Shown piece after piece: positions 1 to 10,200 of a stretch of DNA of 64,000 bases. Position 1 is the stretch's first letter, and each line of letters opens with the position of its first letter. The translations under genes were made by a program, and so were the position numbers. This stretch comes from a virus (lineage: Duplodnaviria; Heunggongvirae; Uroviricota; Caudoviricetes), in the IMG/VR virus record IMGVR_UViG_3300025429_000011, positions 18,527 through 82,526 of that record. One strand, written 5' to 3'. Under the pieces are notes generated by a model. It worked only from the letters and a program-made list of their open reading frames with translations. It was not told the DNA's origin and did no database searches.

Positions 1-1073
1 TTACTTCTGATCCAATAAGTGCACAACCTCCTAATAGCAACACATCTATTTTACTTGATAGCAATAACAATAAGCTAATTCAATTTAGAAATTCTGCTGA
101 CTCTGGTCAATATAGCGGATTGGTGTTCAGTGATAGTAAGCAAGGTGGCTACGTTGTTTACAACTCACCTGGCGGATCTTCTGGTGCAAATAGCGATTGG
201 ATGTCTTTAGGTTCTTACAATGGGTTTAAATTTGGTATTGGGCATGATGATACTAGAGATGGTATTGCATTTAAAGGTCAAATAGCAACTACTATTGACA
301 CTCATGGTATTGAAATAAGAAGCCAAAATGGTGGTCCAAATCTAAGAATGAGAGATTCTTCTGCTGGTGTACTAGCATTTTATGATCCGGCGGATACAAC
401 AAGTTCCGGTACATACAACTATAATATCACTATGGCAGACGGAGAGATGGATTTCAATTTCTCCAGTACAAATTCACCATATGATACCGGTGATACACAG
501 ATGATATTATATGATACTGGAGACTTAACTGTTTATAATTCTTTAGGTGTCGGTACCGATGCAACTGGTAATGATGGTGATATTGCTGCAAACACAATTA
601 TACTAACAGGTACAGCAACAATTGCAAAAGGATTAAATGTAACTGGTAATACAGGTATAAATGGATCTGCATTTGTTAATTTTGATATTACTGCTGGCGG
701 GACTATAGCTGCTGGTAATCAAATAAGAGCCGCGCAAGATATTATTGCATTTACTAGTTCTGATAGAACATTAAAGACTAATATTGTAAATATTCCAGAT
801 GCCTTAAACAAAGTAAGTCAAATTAACGGTGTAGAATTTGACTGGACTGATGAGCATATTGTAAAATATGGTGGTATTGATAACTATTTTAACCGTAAGC
901 ATGACGTTGGTGTAATAGCTCAAGAAGTAGAAGCAGTACTTCCAGAAGTTGTAGCAACAAGAAGCGATGGCACTAAAGCAGTTAAATATGATAGAATTGT
1001 TGCACTTTTAATTGAAGCAGTAAAAGAGCTTAAAGCAGAAGTAGATAGATTAAAAAATGTCAGCACAAAATAA
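1..1073 (+). CDS. Tail fibre protein, 5'-truncated at the window edge. C-terminal ~120 aa is a peptidase-S74 / intramolecular chaperone domain (..IVNIPDALNKVSQINGVEFDWTDE..GVIAQEVEAVLPEVV..YDRIVALLIEAVKELKAEVDRLK).
   Basis: The reading frame is open from position 3 to 1073 with no upstream stop. The S74 chaperone-domain motif pattern is typical of fibre and endosialidase C-termini. It sits in the fibre module. Confidence 0.6.
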   Translation, partial: TSDPISAQPPNSNTSILLDSNNNKLIQFRNSADSGQYSGLVFSDSKQGGYVVYNSPGGSSGANSDWMSLGSYNGFKFGIGHDDTRDGIAFKGQIATTIDTHGIEIRSQNGGPNLRMRDSSAGVLAFYDPADTTSSGTYNYNITMADGEMDFNFSSTNSPYDTGDTQMILYDTGDLTVYNSLGVGTDATGNDGDIAANTIILTGTATIAKGLNVTGNTGINGSAFVNFDITAGGTIAAGNQIRAAQDIIAFTSSDRTLKTNIVNIPDALNKVSQINGVEFDWTDEHIVKYGGIDNYFNRKHDVGVIAQEVEAVLPEVVATRSDGTKAVKYDRIVALLIEAVKELKAEVDRLKNVSTK

Positions 1074-1389
1074 CCTTACTATAGATAAAGGCACTGACTT
1101 TATCTACAATATACATTTAATAGATTCTTCTGGGGTACCTGTTGACATTTCTGATTTTACAGGAAACTCTCAAATGAGAACATCCTATTCGTCCAATGTG
1201 CATGTAACATTGGACGTTGCAATATCAACAGCTAATAATGGGCTTATAACTCTATCAATGAATTCTGAAACTTCTAGCACACTTACTGCGTCTAGATATC
1301 TCTATGATTTAACACTAACAAGTAGTAACAATGTAGTTTCCAGATTAATGGAAGGCTTTGTTACTATTAATCCTAGTGTAACGCGTTAA
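1057..1389 (+). CDS. Hypothetical small Ser/Thr-rich protein downstream of the fibre, possibly a structural or fibre accessory protein.
   Basis: 110-aa ORF overlapping the previous stop. Codon usage is consistent with its neighbours. Confidence 0.4.
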   Translation: MSAQNNLTIDKGTDFIYNIHLIDSSGVPVDISDFTGNSQMRTSYSSNVHVTLDVAISTANNGLITLSMNSETSSTLTASRYLYDLTLTSSNNVVSRLMEGFVTINPSVTR

Positions 1390-4169
1390 ACGCGGTAAAT
1401 ATAAGATCCTGTATGATCACACATTATTGATGTATCAGCATAGATTTTAAACCTTTTTTCTTTACACATTCTAGCAAAGTATAGATCTTCTGAGAATGTG
1501 TGAGCATGATCTAATGCTGACTTATACACAAACTGCGGATAACCAATCTCAGTAAGCACATGCTGTTTAATAAGAGCGCAACCAAAACCAACAGCCCCAA
1601 CTTCTACTAAACCTTTGTCTTTTATTTTCTCATAAGGTATATGAGTATAGCCACCAAGCTCATTTGATTCAAAAATCTCTAGGGTATGCTGACCTTGTAT
1701 TCGTTGAATATAAAGACCAGATACTACATCAACATCATGGCTTAATAGTTTAACTAAAGTATCTGGTGCAAATGAAATATCAGAATCAACTGCAAACAAA
1801 TAATCATACCCTTTAACAACCCAGTCAGCAATCAAGTTACGTACTTGATCTACCTGATATCCGTAAAAGAATTGAAAGTAAGTTTCATATCCAGCTGGTA
1901 CAATCAAATCATAAATGGCTTTAAACGTAGACGCTTCTATATTTCTAGCTGTTGGAATTGCGATTAAAATCTTTTTTTTTATCATATTGTTTAACTTTTC
2001 TGTTGTATTATAAGCAATGATATCTTTTGTAGGAACCATTTCAACATTCAACGGACGAGGCGTCGAATTTACTTCTACTTTATTGATCTGTATTTTTTTA
2101 TCACCAGCTATCTTACTAGCATTCTTATTCTGAATCTCACCATTTACTTTATAATCATTCAATGGATTCTTATCATTATAAAGCATAACAATATCAGAAA
2201 CTACTGCAATCTTATTAGGATCAGCTTGTTCTAATATATTATAAAATGTTGCATTATCACCACCTGCCTTAAACCATTCACCGTTTTCATCTTTAAATAC
2301 AGAATCATCTTCAATGTTATGAACTAGTTCAGATCTAAAAACTCTGAGATGCGGATAAGGCATTCCCCAATTAAACTTATACTGACGATATGCCTTCTGA
2401 TCCTTTACCCATTGCGGATATGGTTGTGACTGTAGCGGGATGTTATCAACCTCCGACCAGCAACTGCCATAAGCATATTCTGTCTTATTATCTGCAAACA
2501 AGTTATTATACATGTTAAAGATATTTGGATCGTTAACTAGAGCATCATCCCCATCAAGGAGTACTACAATACTATCCTTAGGTACATCACGTTTAATATT
2601 TACTATTTGATTGTATACTGCACCACGGTTTACTGGATTATCTACAACAGTAAAATGTTTAATTAAATTAGGATATCTACCTTTAATATATTGTACTACC
2701 AAATCTAAACTACTATCATTACTACAATCATTTATAAGATGCATATGCCAGTTATTATAGTTTTGTGATGCAACTGAATCAATACATCTAATTAAATAAT
2801 CAAATGCATTATAGAAAGGCGTGATTACATGGATTCGTTTTTCTTCCGGTAATTTATATGTATTCCATTCTTCTGGATTACTAAAACGTCTTCCAAATAC
2901 TTTATGAACACGATCATTAATGAAAGATACTTTACGATACTCTTCTACAGGTAGATACAATCCAAGCTTCTTAAAGAGGTGTTGTTTCCATTGTAGTGCA
3001 ACCGTATCCCATCCTGCAATCTCTTTTACAATATTACATGCAAACATTTTTTGTTGATGTAAGTAAGTATTATGATAAGCATCAAAAGCCATACGAGCAA
3101 ATCTATCTGCTTGTTGAGCTACATCAATATTAGGAAAAAGACCATTAGGCTCGATTGCATAATCAATATGGTAACAAGCAGACTCAACTGCTGTCTCTTC
3201 TAATGCACCAAACCTATTAGTTAAAAGAGGTGTATTATAGTATAGAGATTCTAAAGCTGAAATACCGAATGTTTCAGGGAACCCTGCAGGAAAAATAAAA
3301 AATGACGCTTTCTGAAATAATTCTGCTACTTGCTTTTGAGGAATAATACCAGTAAAAGAAACATCCAATTCTTTATACTTTTTATCCTGAGCCAGTTCTT
3401 CTAGCTCTTTTTGTTGTTGATCTGGTTCTGAAGTAGAACTGAATCTATAGTAACCACCAGCAACAACCAATTTAGCATCTGGAATATTACGCTTTACTAA
3501 AGGCCATACATTTGCAAGTAAAGGTTTAAGACCCTTAGAGACTGCTGCAACATAAACAAATAAATTACGATCTTTCTGAAAAATATCTGTATTTTCAAAA
3601 TACTTTACTATGCCGTTTCTTGTCTGGAATACTTTATTTTTTAATACCTCAAAATTGCGGCGATTACCACCATGCCAGCAATTAGTCACATATGCTGTAT
3701 GAAAATCTGATAAAGTAAACATCTCATTAATATGGTTATTTAACAATAACGTCTCTACATGAGGGTCACCCCATATAAAGGTATCATGCATCCATAAAAC
3801 TTTATGTTTACTTACACGTCTAACTTTATCGAAAATTTGATAAGGATATTTTGTAGAATTTTCAATTTGAGACTGAAGAGGAATCGGCACAAAAGGTGTA
3901 ATACAACGTAACGATACCATAACATCATAATAATCATTACATTTTGCTAAAGTACTAATATGTCTATATTCGACTCTATCATAAACACCAGGTTTACAGT
4001 CGATATCATTGCAATCATTATAAATAGTAACTTGAAAGCCAATTTGTGCCAGCTCTCTAGCCATAAGAGCACATGCTGACTCAGAACCACCTAACGCTCG
4101 TTTTTTAATGGTATCTCCGTCATAAACCAAGCCAATAGAATCAATTATTACAATAGACGGATTGCTCAT
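1386..4169 (-). CDS. Three-domain glycosyltransferase: N-terminal GT4/GT-B domain, central GT2 (GT-A) domain and a C-terminal second GT-A-like domain.
   Basis: The GT4 domain has an LGGSE motif, and ..FPAGFPETFGISALESLYYNTPLL shows the E-x7-E motif. The GT2 domain has ITPFYNAFDYLIRCIDSVASQNY and LLDGDDALV. The third domain has ILIAIPT...YLFAVDSDISF. A 927-aa ORF. Confidence 0.75.
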   Translation of the reverse strand: MSNPSIVIIDSIGLVYDGDTIKKRALGGSESACALMARELAQIGFQVTIYNDCNDIDCKPGVYDRVEYRHISTLAKCNDYYDVMVSLRCITPFVPIPLQSQIENSTKYPYQIFDKVRRVSKHKVLWMHDTFIWGDPHVETLLLNNHINEMFTLSDFHTAYVTNCWHGGNRRNFEVLKNKVFQTRNGIVKYFENTDIFQKDRNLFVYVAAVSKGLKPLLANVWPLVKRNIPDAKLVVAGGYYRFSSTSEPDQQQKELEELAQDKKYKELDVSFTGIIPQKQVAELFQKASFFIFPAGFPETFGISALESLYYNTPLLTNRFGALEETAVESACYHIDYAIEPNGLFPNIDVAQQADRFARMAFDAYHNTYLHQQKMFACNIVKEIAGWDTVALQWKQHLFKKLGLYLPVEEYRKVSFINDRVHKVFGRRFSNPEEWNTYKLPEEKRIHVITPFYNAFDYLIRCIDSVASQNYNNWHMHLINDCSNDSSLDLVVQYIKGRYPNLIKHFTVVDNPVNRGAVYNQIVNIKRDVPKDSIVVLLDGDDALVNDPNIFNMYNNLFADNKTEYAYGSCWSEVDNIPLQSQPYPQWVKDQKAYRQYKFNWGMPYPHLRVFRSELVHNIEDDSVFKDENGEWFKAGGDNATFYNILEQADPNKIAVVSDIVMLYNDKNPLNDYKVNGEIQNKNASKIAGDKKIQINKVEVNSTPRPLNVEMVPTKDIIAYNTTEKLNNMIKKKILIAIPTARNIEASTFKAIYDLIVPAGYETYFQFFYGYQVDQVRNLIADWVVKGYDYLFAVDSDISFAPDTLVKLLSHDVDVVSGLYIQRIQGQHTLEIFESNELGGYTHIPYEKIKDKGLVEVGAVGFGCALIKQHVLTEIGYPQFVYKSALDHAHTFSEDLYFARMCKEKRFKIYADTSIMCDHTGSYIYRV

Positions 4170-4180
4170 ATTTTAACCTC

Positions 4181-4188
4181 AATAAATA
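4181..4188 (+). promoter_or_regulatory. T4-type late promoter variant AATAAATA upstream of the giant fibre gene.
   Basis: Matches NATAAATA about 45 nt upstream of the ATG at 4235. This is the gp55-dependent late promoter consensus of T4-like phages. Confidence 0.4.
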
Positions 4189-4234
4189 CATTGTATACTA
4201 CTAATATATATTATCTTAATTAATTAGGCAACAT

Positions 4235-7200
4235 ATGTCATCAGATATTTTAAATCAGCATCTAATCGGTAATGGAAGTAACACTCAATTCACCTTATTA
4301 GAAGCTGTTGCCAATACTAGCTCTATTCTAGTAACTATCAACGGTCTAGTATCAGATCCTGACAGAGATTATACGGTTTCAGATAATTTATTATTATTTA
4401 ATACCGCTCCATATAGTACTTCAGATATTGAAATTAGATATTTACCTGTAGTTCCCGTAGGATATACTGGGTCTGCAGGTGAACCTGCTGGTTACACTGG
4501 TTCTGCAGGACCAGTAGGAGCTCCTTCAGATATTCAGACTATAGTAGCTACTGGTTCATCTTATTACACTTTAACATCTACTCCTAATTCTTCTAAAAAT
4601 ATATTAGTATCTGTAAATGGACTCTTACAGGTTCCAGAAGCTGATTATACTGTTTCTGGTTCTACTATTAATTTTAATACTATACCAGTAGAATTATCTG
4701 ACATTGAAATAATTTATTTTGGTAATGTTGTAGGTTATAGAGGTTCTGCAGGGTTTCAAGGTTCTGTCGGATTTACAGGTTCTATTGGTTACAGTGGTAA
4801 TGATGGATACACTGGTTCGATTGGTTACACAGGTTCTATAGGTGGTGCAGGTCCAGCTGGTTACACAGGTTCTGGTGGTGTAGCAGCCCCATCTGGTTTT
4901 CAAACATTTTTAACAGATAATAGAACTTCTTATCCTATTGATAGGGTAGTAGCATCATCTAAAGATATCTTAGTTTCCGTTAACGGGTTAATACAAGTAC
5001 CTGACGCAGACTATATTGTTGTTGGTTCTAATATTAACTTTATAACAAAACCAAGTAATAATTCTGATGTAGAAATTTTATACTTTGATGTTGCAGGGTT
5101 TATTGGTTCTACTGGTTATCTTGGTTCAACTGGGTTTAAAGGTTCTTCCGGTGACAACGGCTTACCAGGTTTCGTAGGATCCCAAGGTTATACAGGCTCT
5201 TCTGGTTTTGTCGGTTCTATGGGGTATGTTGGTTCTGGTGGTGTTGCCGCACCTTCAGAAATACAAACTATAGTTGCTGATGGTTCTAGTACATATACTT
5301 TAACAAGATATGTTGTTGATCCTAAACATATTTTTGTTATCGTTAACGGTCTTATTCAGATTGCAGATAGAGATTATACTGCAGCTGCAACTACCCTTAC
5401 TTTCTATAATCCTCCTAATAATACTTCTGAAATTGAAATAATTTATTTTGAAGAAGCATTAGGATATCGAGGTTCTGTAGGTTATGCAGGTTCTGCAGGT
5501 ACACCTGGAGGATCTACTGGTTATACTGGTTCTAGAGGAACTGACGGTTCCTTTGGATATACGGGTTCTACTGGTTATGTTGGTTCTGCTGGTGTTGGAG
5601 CTCCTTCTTCATATCAAATTTTATATGCAAATGGCTCTAATACAGTATTTACGTTAACATCTTCTGTTGATGCAGCTAAAAATATCCTTGTTTCTGTTAA
5701 CGGTCTATTACAAATACCAGATACCGATTATACTGTATCCGGAACAACTATTTTATTTACTAATCCACCTAGTGATACTTCTCATATTGAAGTTTTATAT
5801 TTTGATGTTTCTGGATATAGAGGTTCCACTGGTTATATGGGATCTAAAGGTGATCCTGGCGGTGATACTGGTTATACTGGCTCTATAGGTCCAAAAGGTG
5901 ATATTGGTCCATTAGGTTATACTGGTTCTGTTGGATTTGGTTACACAGGTTCTGCAGGCCCTGTAGGTGCACCAACAAATTATCAAACTATTGTTACAAC
6001 ATTTAATCAATCAACTTATAGTTTAAATCAAGATGTTGCACAAGCAGTAAGTATAATCGTTACTATAAACGGTCTTGTTCAAGTACCAGATCAAGACTAT
6101 ACCCTTCCTACTTCTAATACAATTACATTTACCAATACTCCAAATCCTAATTCTGATGTTGAAATTTTATATTTTTCTGCATCAGGATTTACTGGATCAA
6201 GAGGTGCAGTAGGCTATCTAGGTTCAGTAGGTTATCAAGGTACTGTTGGTTTTAGCGGGTCGGCTGGTATTACTGGTTATATGGGATCTGCAGGGTCTGG
6301 GTTTACTGGCTCTATAGGTTATTCAGGATCTACAGGGTTTGCAGGATCTAGAGGAAGTTTAGGTTATACCGGCTCTATTGGTATTGGATACACAGGTTCA
6401 GTTGGTTCTGGTTATACTGGTTCTACTGGTGCTGGGTATACCGGCTCTATCGGTTCATTAGGTTATACTGGTTCACAAGGATTTCAAGGTCTTACTGGTT
6501 ATAGAGGTTCTACTGGTAGTACTGGTTTTGTAGGTTCTATTGGTTTAACAGGATCTATAGGTTATACAGGCTCTACTGGTGCCGGATTTGTTGGTTCTAG
6601 AGGTTTTGTTGGTTCTATTGGTTCACTAGGTTACACCGGATCTATTGGATTTACAGGTTCTATTGGTTATTCTGGTTCTAGAGGTGATATTGGTTTCTCT
6701 GGTTCAATAGGCTCGTTAGGTTATACAGGTTCTATTGGTATTGGATATACCGGTTCTACAGGAGCCCCTGGTGGTATTACGTATAACTATAGATTCATTA
6801 ATACACCTGTTGTTACTCCTGCATTTACTCAACAAGGTTATGCAGTTTTTAGTGCAACATCAAATGCTATTTACGTTACATCTGCTGACCTAGCAGGAGC
6901 AAATACTGCATACTTTATAGAGTATGCATTAAAATCAGTTAATAATAGTATAAAAGGGTTTGTAACTTTATCAAGAGCTTCGACACCTTATGATGTTACA
7001 ATATATTCAACTAACACTGCTATCTATTTCCCTTATCCTGCAGTACCTGCATTTCATAAAATATATCTTTCTTATCTGTCTGGTAATACTACACCTTACT
7101 TAGACAATGAAATAATTAACATTTCATTTACGTTAACTGGAAGTCAAGGACCTAAAGGTGATAAGGGCGATATTGGTTATACTGGTTCTGCAGGTCCAGC

Positions 7201-10200
7201 TGGTCCTTCTGGTGCATTTGCTGGTATGGGTTATACCGGTTCTATTGGTTCATTGGGTTATTCTGGATCTATTGGATATACTGGTTCTATAGGTATACAA
7301 GGTTCAATTGGCCCACAAGGCTACACAGGCTCTGTTGCTAACCCATCAGCTCCTGTAAGACAGAACTTTAACGGTGACGGTGTAACTAACACATACAGTA
7401 TTGATATCGGTCAAAACGTTAACGGTTATACACCTTATCAATTAGACGTTTATATTAACGGTGTAAAACTCTTTAACGGTATAGATGTCGATGTATCATC
7501 TGGTAATACCATACACTTTATTACCCCACCGAGAAAAGATGATAATATCGAAGTTGTAGGGTCATATATTTTCTCTACAAACCCAGATAGTGCAGCATTA
7601 TTTGGACCTAGAGGTTATACTGGGTCTGCTGGTCCACCTAACGGATATCAAGGATCTTTAGGTGAAACTGGCTATGTAGGTTCTAGAGGTTATACAGGTT
7701 CAACACCTAATCCTTCTGCACCTGTAAGACAAAATTTTAACGGTGATGGTACAACCAATACTTACTATATTGATATTGGTCAGAATGTAAATGGTTATAC
7801 ACCTTATCAGCTAGATGTTTATGTCAACGGTGTTAAGCTTTTCAATGGTATTGATGTTGATGTATCTTCTGGTAACTCTATTCATTTTATTACACCACCT
7901 AGAATAAACGATAACATTGAAATAGTTGGATCTTATATCTTTTCAACTAATCCAGACAGTGCTGCATTGTTTGGTCCAAGAGGGTATACTGGATCTCAAG
8001 GTCCACCAAACGGGTATCAAGGTTCTATTGGTGACATTGGTTATACTGGTTCTAGAGGCGATACTGGGTTTTCTGGTTCTGCTGGTACTATTGGTTACTC
8101 TGGTTCTGGTGTAAGTTTTAGAAGTTACTATAATAATACTACAAATTACTATATTAATGATTTAGTAGAAGAAGATGGTGCCACTTACATTGCTATTGCA
8201 CCTAGTATAGGAGAAGATCCTAAAACTAGCAACACATACTGGCAATTATTTGCTAGCAAAGGATATCAAGGTTCTAGAGGTTATACAGGTTCTACTCCTA
8301 ACCCATCGTCTCCTGTAAGACAAAACTTTAACGGTGATGGTGTTTCTAGAACTTATTATATTGATATTGGGCAAAATGTCAATGGTTATACTCCTTACGA
8401 GTTAGATGTATTCGTAAACGGTATTAAATTGTTTAACGGTCTTGATGTTGATGTATCATCTGGTAATGCTATTCACTTTGTAATACCGCCGAGAATAAAC
8501 GATAATATCGAAGTAGTAGGGTCATATATTTTCTCTACTAATCCTGATCAAAATGCATTATTTGGGCCAAGAGGTTATACTGGTTCAGCAGGATTAAACG
8601 GGGCTGGTAATTCATTTACTAAAATTGTTGTTAGCGGTCAACCAGATTTAGTAGCATTAGAAGCAGATACTCTTCAAATAGTTGCTGGTGATAATATAGT
8701 TATATCAACTAACAATATTAATTCACCTAAAACTTTAACAATTTCTACATCACTGCCATCTGGTGCATCTGGTTATACAGGTTCGCAAGGTATAACGGGT
8801 TATATAGGTTCTATAGGAATTACCGGTTATACAGGATCAAGAGGATCTGATGGTGTTATAGGTTATAGTGGAAGTATAGGTTTCACAGGTTCTAAAGGGT
8901 CTGATGGCACTATAGGTTATACAGGATCGCAAGGTAATATAGGAAATACTGGAGATACTGGCTATACCGGATCAAGTGGAATAGACGGTGCAGTAGGTTA
9001 TAATGGAAGTATAGGGTTCACAGGTTCTAAAGGGTCTGATGGTACTATAGGTTATACTGGATCTACAGGACCTGTAGCCGGATATGATACTCAAATTATA
9101 TTTAATGATGGTAGTTATGCTAATGGTTCTTATGGATTAACTTATAATAAATCTACTCAAACATTAAACATAGGAAATAATCTTTATGTAGGTGGTAACA
9201 TTTATATCACCGGCAACACTACAACTTTTGCTGCTAATAATTTAGAAATAGTAGATAATATGATCTACTTAAATTCTAATAGTGAATATTCAAATCCCGA
9301 TATTGGTTTTGCTGCAAATTATAATGACGGTGAATATCATCATACCGGTTTCTTTAGAGATCATGCAACAGGTATTTGGAAGGTATTTGAAAATTATAAA
9401 CCAGAACCGCAAGCATCACAATTTATTGATCAATCTAATAATACCTTTAGAATAGCAGATTTTCAAGCAAATACTATTTTTGCTAATTCAATATATGCAA
9501 ATGGTTCTTACGGTTCTTTTGGTCAAGTACTTATTTCTAATGGTTCAGGAATATTCTGGTCAACTTCTGCATTAGGGTTTAATGGTTCAACAGGGTATCA
9601 AGGTTCTTTAGGTGATACTGGCTACAAAGGTTCAATTGGTTACCAGGGTTCAGTTGGTAATCAAGGTATTTTTGGTTACCAGGGTTCTTCTGGCTACCAA
9701 GGATCAGTTGGTTATCAAGGAACTGTAGGTTTTCAAGGTTCAGCTGGCGCTACCGCCGATGCTGGTTATCAAGGAAGTGCAGGTTATCAGGGATCAGTAG
9801 GATTTCAAGGATCTTATGGATATCAAGGTACTGTAGGATTCCAAGGTTCTATAGGAGCTGTTGGATATCAAGGATCAGCAAGTGTTGGCTATAACGGTTC
9901 TACTGGATTTAATGGTTCTATAGGTAATAGAGGTCCTATAGGTTATACTGGATCAAAAGGTCAAGGATTTAATTGGAGAGGAGCTTGGGACGGAACACAT
10001 AATGATTTTGGTGATTATCAAGTATACCTTCCTTATGATGTAGTACAATATGATCTAAACACATATGTTTGTATAGTATTATGTTATGGTGATTCTGGTA
10101 CTCCTGCTGCAAGAACAGATTTATGGCAGATATTTGCAGAAGGTGTAGTAGGTTATGTTGGATCTAAAGGTCAAGATGGTGTACTGGGTTATAATGGTTC

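Noticed and set aside
4694-4903. Antisense or alternate-frame ORFs nested inside the collagen-like and Gly-rich genes (4694-4903 -, 5667-5888 +, 7926-8114 +, 12459-12659 -, 13307-13537 +, 18431-18622 -, 19843-20025 -).
   Set aside because: They are low-complexity translations (poly-Thr/Cys/Pro/Leu) produced by the GGN/GNN periodicity of the G-X-Y coding strand. They have no RBS, and they overlap well-supported long genes.
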